Positions 57,052 to 64,000 of a DNA stretch of 64,000 bases are shown piece by piece. This DNA is from Candidatus Binatia bacterium (GTDB lineage: Bacteria > Desulfobacterota > Binatia > UBA9968 > JAJDTQ01), in the NCBI GenBank assembly GCA_963666515.2, contig OY762897.2:640001-704000 (forward strand), written 5' to 3'. The notes beneath the pieces are model-generated. The model searched no databases and was not told the DNA's origin. It saw nothing but the letters and a program-made list of their open reading frames with translations. Made by a program: the position numbers and the translations under genes. The stretch's first letter is position 1, and every line of letters begins with the position of its first letter.

Positions 57052-57984
57052 CTACGGTAGCAACAGCCCCGACTTTAGCAGCGCCCGCCGGATGCGCTCG
57101 CGCTCCTCGTCCGTGATGCGCTTCAGGGGCGGGCGTACCACGGCCTTGTCGATGCGTCCCAGGAGCGCCAGCGCTTCCTTCATGCGGTTGTGCATGTCCA
57201 CGAACGGCGGGGCGTAGAACACCTCAACCAGCGGAGCCAAGCGGTCGTTGAGCCGGCGGCCGGCTTCCAGGTCCCCGTCCTGCACGGCGCGGAACAACTC
57301 CGCGTGCAGGTCCGCGGTGACGCTTCCCATTCCCGAGATGGAGCCGTCGGCGCCGAGCACGTAGCTTGCGAACATGGACATGGTGTAGCTGCTCAGCATG
57401 GCCACGGGCCGGCCGGTGCCGCGCAGGGCGCGCAGGTTGGCCTCCAGCGCCACCATGTCGTTGCTCCAGTCCTTGACCCCCACCACGTGGTCGATCTCCG
57501 CCAGCCGCGCCAGGGTTTCGGGAGCGTAGCCGATGCCGATGGCAGGCGGATACTCGAAGACGATGAGCGGCAGGTCCGTAGCCTCGGCGATGGTCTCGAA
57601 ATGGACCACGGCCATCTCCGGCCGCAGCCGTGCGCCCCACATGAACAGCGTCGGCGGAAAGATCAGGAGTCCGGCCGCGCCTTCCGCCTTGGCGTCCCTG
57701 GCCAACTCCGCGGCTTCCAGCGTGTTGTCGGTGTAGATGCCGGAGATGAGATCCACCCGGTCGCCCACCTCGTCCGCGGCGATGGCCAGCGCCCGGCGCC
57801 GTTCCTCCCGGTCCAGCGACGACACCTCACCCGCATGGCCGTTGCAGACGATGGCGCCGACGCCGTCCACGGACGCCAGCCACGAGAGATGTTTCCGGTA
57901 ATTGACCTCGTCGAACGACAGGTCCTCGTTGAAGGGCAGCAGATTGGCCGGGATGGCGCCGCTGAAACGGAGAGTGCCGGTCAT
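57052..57984 (-). CDS. dihydrodipicolinate synthase (DapA)/aldolase family protein
   Basis: NGHAGE, GVKD Schiff-base Lys, GADG.ISG, VRPPL; GHAGE rather than GTTGE suggests it is not true DapA. Confidence 0.85.
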   Translation of the reverse strand: MTGTLRFSGAIPANLLPFNEDLSFDEVNYRKHLSWLASVDGVGAIVCNGHAGEVSSLDREERRRALAIAADEVGDRVDLISGIYTDNTLEAAELARDAKAEGAAGLLIFPPTLFMWGARLRPEMAVVHFETIAEATDLPLIVFEYPPAIGIGYAPETLARLAEIDHVVGVKDWSNDMVALEANLRALRGTGRPVAMLSSYTMSMFASYVLGADGSISGMGSVTADLHAELFRAVQDGDLEAGRRLNDRLAPLVEVFYAPPFVDMHNRMKEALALLGRIDKAVVRPPLKRITDEERERIRRALLKSGLLLP

Positions 57985-58005
57985 GGTTCACCTCCTGCGA
58001 AGGAT

Positions 58006-60309
58006 TTACGGGCCGCCCGGCTCCGGCATCCGGTAGCCGAGTCCGCGCTCGTTGACGACATAGGTAGCTTCCGTCGCGTGGTCGCCCAGCTTGTGCCGCA
58101 GCTTCCTCACGAAATTCCGAACCGGCTCCGGGTTGTCCGTATCCTTCGCTCCCCACAGTTGGCTCAGCAGGGACTCATAGGTGAGGACCCGTCCGGCGTT
58201 CACGGAGAGGAGGCGCAGCAGCTCGTACTCGGTGACCGTGAGCCGCACCGGCCGGCCGGCCACGCTCACCCGGCGCCGCGCGTAATCGATGACCAGCTCT
58301 CCGAGAACGAAAGGCTCGGGTGCGCTGCGCTTGCGTAGCGCCGCGCGCACTCGCGCCGTCAACTCCGTCGGTGAGAAGGGCTTGACGATGTAGTCGGCGG
58401 CGCCGGCCTCCAACGCCCTTGCGATGGTCTCGTCCCGGCCGTAGGCGGAGATGAAGATCACCGGCAGATCGGCGAGCGCGGGAAGGCTCTCCATCAATTC
58501 GATGCCGTCGGTCCCCGGGAGCATGAGATCAAGCAGGACCAGCTCCGGCTTCTTCGTCTCCAGCAGGCGGGACACTTCCTGCGGCTCGCCCGTCACCGTC
58601 GCGACATACCCCGCCGCCGAGAGCGTGTCGCGCACGTAGCGAAGCGTCTGGGGGTCGTCGTCCACCACCAGGACGCTCGTCCCCGCTTGTCCCTCGTGCG
58701 GCCGGGGAACGTGGACCCCGGCGGCGCTTGCCGCGGCGCTCTCGGCCGCCTCCCCGGCCACCGGCAGCGTGAACGTCACGCGCGTGCCCTTGCCCGCTCC
58801 GGCGCTCTCCGCCCGGATGCGGCCCCCGTGCGCCTCCACCAGCCCCTTGCAGATGACCAGCCCCAAGCCCGAACCTCTACCCTCCCCGTCGCCGGCCCCG
58901 GCGTGCCGGCGGAACAGACGCGTCAACTGCTCCGGCTCCATGCCCTCGCCCTCGTCGGTTACCGAGACCGCGACGTGGGCGCCGTCGCGCGCCGCCGCCA
59001 CCCGGATCGGGGCGGTCTGCGGAGAATGGCGCGAGGCGTTGGTGAGGAGGTTGTTCAGCACCTGGACGATGCGGCGCCCGTCGGCCATGACGCGGGGCAG
59101 ATCGGGCGGAAGGTCGATGAGGACGGCCTGCCTGCCGCTTGCGCTCAGGAACGTGGTCCGCGCCCGGTCCGCCAGGACGACGAGGTCCGCCGGCTCGGGC
59201 GCGACCGGCAGCGTTCCCGCGGCGATGCGCCCGGCGTCCAGCAGGTCGCCGACCAGGACGTCCATGCGGTCGGCCTGCTCGTCGACGATGCGGAAGAACT
59301 GGCGCAGCTCCGCCATGTCCAGGTCTCGCACCGCCCCCAGCACCGTGGCGGCCGAGCCCTTGATGGCGGCAAGCGGCGCCCGCAGCTCGTGGCTCACCAT
59401 GCCGATGAACTCCGCCCGGGAGCGCTCCAGCGCCTCGAACGGCGCCAGGTCCTGCATGGTCACGACCACCGTCTCGACCGCGCCGCCGGCCGACTGGACC
59501 GGGGTGACGTCGATCAGCGTCCGAACGCTGCGCCCGTCCGGAAGAGACAGTTGCACCTCCTCGGCGCGTACCTTCTCGGCGCTCCTGAGTTCGCCCAGAT
59601 GGACCTCGCGGCCGTCGGCGAACCGGCAGGTCAACATCGCCGAAACCTCCGCCACGGAGAGCCCCGGTATCTCCACCCCGGCAACGATGCGCCTTGCCTC
59701 GCGGTTCAACGACAGCGGATGGCCGGTCGCTGCGTCGAACACCACCACGCCGACCGGGCAGGTCTCGACCAGCGCCTCGAGATCGGCCCGCACCCGCCGC
59801 TCGGCGCGGTGCGCCCCGGCGTTGGCGATCGCCGTTGCCGCCTGCGAGGCGAACAGCACCAGCAACTCCTCGTCCTCGTCCGTGAACGCCCCTTCCTTCT
59901 CGCCCAGGAAGAAGACGCCCACGTCCAGGCCCTGGTGACGCATCGGCATCGCCTGGAACGTCCCGTAGCGGACGGGGAGAGACGAATAGCCGAGCGAGCG
60001 GATATACCCGTCGAGGTCCGGCAGTCTCAGCGGCGCCGCAAGGCCGTGGAGGTGTTCGAAGAGTCGCGGCCCGTCGGGCCATTCCATCATCGCCCGGTGT
60101 TGCTCGGGTCCGAAGCCGGAGGTGACGAAGTCCCGGACCTCTCCGCGTTCGTCGGTGGTGGCGATGGCGCCGTAGCGGGCGCCGGTGAGCGCGCGGGCGC
60201 TGTCGACGACCTCGCGCAGCACCGAATCGACGTCGAGGCTGGCGTTGATCCGCAGGATGGCCGCGACGAGGGTGGAGAGGCGCTCGCGCGGCGTCTCGGT
60301 TTCCTGCAT
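58006..60309 (-). CDS. soluble hybrid GAF-PAS-histidine kinase-receiver-OmpR wHTH protein
   Basis: VSHELRAPL, NLLTNA, DEGEG, GSGLGL; LVVDDD, LLDL, KPF; LTVTEYELL..LRHKL..RGLGY; no TM segment. Confidence 0.88.
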   Translation of the reverse strand: MQETETPRERLSTLVAAILRINASLDVDSVLREVVDSARALTGARYGAIATTDERGEVRDFVTSGFGPEQHRAMMEWPDGPRLFEHLHGLAAPLRLPDLDGYIRSLGYSSLPVRYGTFQAMPMRHQGLDVGVFFLGEKEGAFTDEDEELLVLFASQAATAIANAGAHRAERRVRADLEALVETCPVGVVVFDAATGHPLSLNREARRIVAGVEIPGLSVAEVSAMLTCRFADGREVHLGELRSAEKVRAEEVQLSLPDGRSVRTLIDVTPVQSAGGAVETVVVTMQDLAPFEALERSRAEFIGMVSHELRAPLAAIKGSAATVLGAVRDLDMAELRQFFRIVDEQADRMDVLVGDLLDAGRIAAGTLPVAPEPADLVVLADRARTTFLSASGRQAVLIDLPPDLPRVMADGRRIVQVLNNLLTNASRHSPQTAPIRVAAARDGAHVAVSVTDEGEGMEPEQLTRLFRRHAGAGDGEGRGSGLGLVICKGLVEAHGGRIRAESAGAGKGTRVTFTLPVAGEAAESAAASAAGVHVPRPHEGQAGTSVLVVDDDPQTLRYVRDTLSAAGYVATVTGEPQEVSRLLETKKPELVLLDLMLPGTDGIELMESLPALADLPVIFISAYGRDETIARALEAGAADYIVKPFSPTELTARVRAALRKRSAPEPFVLGELVIDYARRRVSVAGRPVRLTVTEYELLRLLSVNAGRVLTYESLLSQLWGAKDTDNPEPVRNFVRKLRHKLGDHATEATYVVNERGLGYRMPEPGGP

Positions 60310-60379
60310 CGTTTCGTTGCGTCTCTCCAACGGTCCATCCTTTCCGCGGCCGGGCCGCTACGGCTCGCCCACGCCCGGA

Positions 60380-61972
60380 TCAGTGCGTGTCGAATATCTC
60401 CTGGTAGCGCGCAATCGCCGCGATCGCCGCCTCGCGTTCCCGCGCCGTCGGATTGCGAGGGTCGCGCGCCTTGGGCAATCTTCCCAGGCGCAGCATGGCC
60501 GCGCGCAACAGCATGCGCGCCTTGGTGGCGTCCAGGTTGCTCCCCTCGATGGTCAGATCGTTGGGATTGGAGGGCAGGGCGCCCTCGGGGTCGCCGCGGC
60601 TCACCCGCACCACCGGCATGCCGCTCAAGGCGGCGATGGCGAGGGCCGCCATCTGGCTGTGCAGCGCCGAGCCGGTGCCCGCCGCCCCCTCCAGCACGAA
60701 CCCGTGGAACCGCGACGCGTCCGGCTCCGCGGACGCTTCCTGCGCGAGCCCGCGTTCGAGGCGCGCCATGATGTCCACCTCCACCTCCGGGTCCGCGGTG
60801 TCTTCCTCCGCCATGTAGTGGCCGTACTTCACGACGTGCACCGGCGCGATGGCGTCGCCGCGCAGCGAGCCGTCGTCATCCTTGATGCGGATGGTCGCCG
60901 TCCCGTCGCTGTCGCCGTATTCCTGAAACCGGACCTCGGCGGGCAGGCCCTTCACCGCGAGCGCGGATGCGCCCGTGGTCCGGTACGCGGGACGGAACCA
61001 CACGCGCACCTCGTGGCCGGCGCTTCCGAGCACGCCGCCGTGGCCGCCGGTGGCGCGGTAGCCGCCCGGCCGCGCATCGCCCTTCTTGAACACGCGCGCC
61101 GCGAAGATCTGCTCGTCGACGATGCCCACCGCACCCAGCCCCGTGCCGAGGCCCGAGGCGATGTAGCGGGTCGCGTCCACGACGTTGCGGTCGCCGTCGT
61201 TGGCGAGGGAGCCGTGGGGACGCTGCGACGAGATGCCCACGAACGGCAGGTCGGTGTCCAGCACCAGGCTCAGCCAGTAGAGCGTCTCCTCCACGTGCGG
61301 GCTGCCTTCCAGCCAGATGAAGCCGTCGTAGCGCCCCGAGTCGATGGTCTGCTGGACGACGTTGACCGCACGGGCCATGGCGTTGTGGGGCGGGAACTTG
61401 CTGAGGGGCCTGGGGCTGTAGGGGAAGAAGTCCCGCCCGCCCACCTCGCCCTGTTTCGTGTAGCCCGACGGCGGGAGCACGCGCACGAAGTCGAAATCCG
61501 CGAGCCGGTCCAGCTCGCTGGCCGCGCCGTCGTGGCCGCGCCCGCCCAGCCCGCGGTCTATGTCCTCGAACAACCCGGACGCATCGGGAAAGTACGATTG
61601 TCTCCCGCCGTAGCCGATGCCCGCGTCCCGCTGGTCGCCGTCCTCGAAGGGCGTGCCGCCCTCGGAGCCGTCGGCGCGGCGCGCCACGTAGGGCAGGGGA
61701 TACGCGCCGTCCTCCGGGCGCAGCTCCACCTCGTAGTACGGCTTGCCGTCGTCGTGGTAGACCTCGGCCGCGTCGGCTTCCAGCGGGTGCGCGCTGAACC
61801 TCTCGATGCGCACCCGCACGGGCTCGTGCAGGCGCTGCGGGACCAGGTGGTCGAACCGCCCGTCGAGTTGTCGCTCGCCTGCCGCCCGCCCCTTGTTGCT
61901 CGTGACCAGCGGAGGCGTGTTGGCGATGGTGGCGCGCGGCCCCGAGAACACCGCTATGCGTGGCTTGGGCAT
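60380..61972 (-). CDS. asparaginase-domain protein (atypical)
   Basis: GPRATIANT, EGSPHVEETLYWL, SQRP..DGDRN, NL.ATKAR.LL, YQEIFDTH. Confidence 0.7.
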   Translation of the reverse strand: MPKPRIAVFSGPRATIANTPPLVTSNKGRAAGERQLDGRFDHLVPQRLHEPVRVRIERFSAHPLEADAAEVYHDDGKPYYEVELRPEDGAYPLPYVARRADGSEGGTPFEDGDQRDAGIGYGGRQSYFPDASGLFEDIDRGLGGRGHDGAASELDRLADFDFVRVLPPSGYTKQGEVGGRDFFPYSPRPLSKFPPHNAMARAVNVVQQTIDSGRYDGFIWLEGSPHVEETLYWLSLVLDTDLPFVGISSQRPHGSLANDGDRNVVDATRYIASGLGTGLGAVGIVDEQIFAARVFKKGDARPGGYRATGGHGGVLGSAGHEVRVWFRPAYRTTGASALAVKGLPAEVRFQEYGDSDGTATIRIKDDDGSLRGDAIAPVHVVKYGHYMAEEDTADPEVEVDIMARLERGLAQEASAEPDASRFHGFVLEGAAGTGSALHSQMAALAIAALSGMPVVRVSRGDPEGALPSNPNDLTIEGSNLDATKARMLLRAAMLRLGRLPKARDPRNPTAREREAAIAAIARYQEIFDTH

Positions 61973-61976
61973 CCGA

Positions 61977-62909
61977 TCATCCCTCCTGGAACACCACCCG
62001 CCCCTCGGCCCACGCCCGGATCAGGTGGTGGGCGATGGCCACGGGGTCCGGCAGCCGCAGGTCCGGGTTCTCGCCGGCCAGGGAGGAGACGACTTCCTCC
62101 CGGGAGAACCAGCGCACGTCGGTCATCTCCTCGTCGTCCTTGGCGATGTCCGTGGTCAAGGCCTTGCCGTGGCAGCCGATCATGAGCGAGGACGGGAAGG
62201 GCCAAGGCTGGGAAGAGTGGTAGCGCACCTCGCCCACGGTGATGCCGGCCTCCTCCTTCACCTCCCGCCGCACGGCCTCCTCGATGCACTCGGCCTGGTC
62301 GATGAAGCCGGCCAGGGCGGAGTAGCGGCCGGAGCGGGCCAGCCGCCCGCGGGACTGGCCCAGCAGGGCGCGCTCGCCGTCGGTGACCACCATGATGGCC
62401 ACGGGATCGGTGCGCGGGAAGTGCTCGGTGTTGCAGGCGGCGCATTTGCGCACCTGGCCGCCGCGCCCCTGCTCGGTGACGCCGCCGCACAGGCCGCAGA
62501 AGCGGTGCCGGCGGTGCCAGTCCACCTGGGCCTTGCTCTGGGCGAGTATGCCCACGTCCTGGGGCTTGAGCTGCGCGGCCGCGGCCCGGGCCTCCACGAA
62601 GGTCCAGGGTTCCTCCAGGTCAAGCTCCCGGAGCGGCTCGGCGACCGCGGACACGTCCACCGCGAAGTGGGCGGCGCCGTCCATGAGGCCGAGGAAGACC
62701 GGTGGGCCTTCCAGCCCGAGACCTTCGATGTCCGCGGGCCGGACCCAGCCCAACTCGGCCCGGTCGCCGTTCCGCAACAGGATGTCGAGCTGCCACAGCA
62801 GCAGGAAACGGGAACGGGGGTCCCTGGCCGCCTTGCTGAGCCATTCCTCGTCCCGGCGCTGCACGTCGCCCCGGTCCAGGGGATTGCCGGAAAAAACGTG
62901 TGTGGTCAT
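61977..62909 (-). CDS. nudC: NAD(+) diphosphatase
   Basis: FCGLCG..CAAC..FPRTDP, Nudix box AGF..E..EEAVRREVKEE, SQPWPFPSSLM. Confidence 0.93.
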   Translation of the reverse strand: MTTHVFSGNPLDRGDVQRRDEEWLSKAARDPRSRFLLLWQLDILLRNGDRAELGWVRPADIEGLGLEGPPVFLGLMDGAAHFAVDVSAVAEPLRELDLEEPWTFVEARAAAAQLKPQDVGILAQSKAQVDWHRRHRFCGLCGGVTEQGRGGQVRKCAACNTEHFPRTDPVAIMVVTDGERALLGQSRGRLARSGRYSALAGFIDQAECIEEAVRREVKEEAGITVGEVRYHSSQPWPFPSSLMIGCHGKALTTDIAKDDEEMTDVRWFSREEVVSSLAGENPDLRLPDPVAIAHHLIRAWAEGRVVFQEG

Positions 62910-62976
62910 GACCGAATCTCCGGCGTCGCGCAACGCAGGTCGCCGGCTTCACGCACGGAACTGCCGGACACCGCAT

Positions 62977-64000
62977 TCATACCAGCCCCCAGGTGCGCCG
63001 CAGCCACCATTCCGCGGCCAGCAGCAGCACCGCGAGGGTGAACAGCAGCGGCTCGTTCCAGAGCGCCACCCGGCTTCTCGCCTGGATGCTGGACGGCGCT
63101 GCCCGCTCCATCAACTGCTCGAACTCCGACCAGTGGGCGTCCGTCAGGGCGGCGGCGGGGACGAACATGCCCTGGCTGCGGGCCGCCACGGCTTCCAGCA
63201 ATTCCGGGCGCGGCCGGCCGTCGTCGTTCTCCTCCGACGGCAGCGCCACGAGGAAGTTGGCGGCGGCGCTTCCCAGGGGCGTTCCCCCGGACGACGCCTG
63301 GGCCTCGATGCGGTGGGACCCTTCCAGCCGGGGCGTAAACTTGGAGCGGTACTCGCCGGGCTGGTCGGTGGCTGCGGACTCCAGCGGCGACCGTTCACCC
63401 TCCGGTCCGGTGACCACGACCTGGAGGGCCGGGTCCGTGGCCGGGGCGTGGTCGTCCCGCAGAACCCGGATGCGAAATTCGAGGGGTTCTCCCGGCCGCC
63501 GGGAGCCGCCCACCGCCAGGATCTGCACCTGCTCGAAGGCGGGCTCGCGGGCCAGCCAGCGCACGCCGTTCCGAATGAGCTTCAGGTGGATCTGAGGGTT
63601 CTGGTTGCGGCCCACCGCGTCGAAGTTCCAGCGCCAGAGGTCGTCGCTGGCGAACGCCAGCGACCGCCCCTTGTGGTACCGGCCCACCGTCAGCAAGGGC
63701 GCCTCGCGCCCCGGCGTCCGCGCCGACAGCAGCACCTCGCCGTTGGGCTGCGCCACCTCGTTGAGGGTGGTCAGCGGGGGCAGCGCGCGCCAGGCTTCCT
63801 CGTTGGCCGCGGGATCGGCGAACACGCGCGTCAACGGGTGGGCCTTGCCCGCCGGCGTCAGGGCGGCGCGCGCGGCGACGCCGGTCCTGAAGGCGCCGCG
63901 TCCGTCGAGCTTCACCGGCAGCACCGGCGCCAGCGCGGTTTCGTGGTATCCGCCGCGGTCGAAGGCGCGGGTCCCGCCCAGCATGGCGATGCCGCCGCCG
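62977..64000 (-). CDS. membrane-anchored glutamine-amidotransferase-like (DUF1355-type) protein, C-terminal part
   Basis: GG.AMLGG..F..GGY..T.LA.VLPV, GRS, WRW, C-terminal TM LLAAEWWLRR; open to the window end. Confidence 0.6.
   Translation of the reverse strand, partial: GGGIAMLGGTRAFDRGGYHETALAPVLPVKLDGRGAFRTGVAARAALTPAGKAHPLTRVFADPAANEEAWRALPPLTTLNEVAQPNGEVLLSARTPGREAPLLTVGRYHKGRSLAFASDDLWRWNFDAVGRNQNPQIHLKLIRNGVRWLAREPAFEQVQILAVGGSRRPGEPLEFRIRVLRDDHAPATDPALQVVVTGPEGERSPLESAATDQPGEYRSKFTPRLEGSHRIEAQASSGGTPLGSAAANFLVALPSEENDDGRPRPELLEAVAARSQGMFVPAAALTDAHWSEFEQLMERAAPSSIQARSRVALWNEPLLFTLAVLLLAAEWWLRRTWGLV

Noticed and set aside
57052-57984. Calling this gene dapA (lysine biosynthesis)
   Set aside because: GHAGE replaces GTTGE and the context is catabolic; family-level call only
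1-64000. tRNA (including selC), rRNA, CRISPR arrays, riboswitches, integrases
   Set aside because: None recognised by eye; a covariance-model scan (Infernal/Rfam, tRNAscan-SE) is needed to exclude them

Overview
High-GC bacterial window with about 63 CDS, mostly accessory catabolic genes. No rRNA, tRNA, CRISPR array or intact transposase was seen. It holds many paralogues: 5 luciferase-like monooxygenases (LLM), 4 PhtD/OphC-like (4,5-dihydroxyphthalate decarboxylase family) proteins, 3 homogentisate-dioxygenase-like bicupins plus 3 other cupins, 4 VOC genes, 2 ornithine cyclodeaminase-family, 2 M24-fold and 3 amidohydrolase-fold genes. It also has ABC, TRAP and TTT transporters, a reduced soxY-Z-E-F + YeeE module, intact and decayed toxin-antitoxin loci, and REP-like palindromes. 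Best leads: (1) an operon for a DUF692 multinuclear iron oxidative enzyme (MNIO), a DUF2063 partner, an HlyB-type exporter and a degenerate SDR, with no visible precursor peptide (20.8-25.0 kb); (2) a stand-alone GrdB/PrdB-like selenoprotein that the ORF track splits at an in-frame UGA, with a UxxC motif and a SECIS-like hairpin (49564-50352); (3) a cluster at 1-6759 built of paired paralogues: two SDRs that both have WxxxR instead of catalytic YxxxK, a two-domain VOC protein present both fused and split, and two HGD-like bicupins around a NicX/M29-like gene. All family calls come from motifs recognised by eye; no database search was run.
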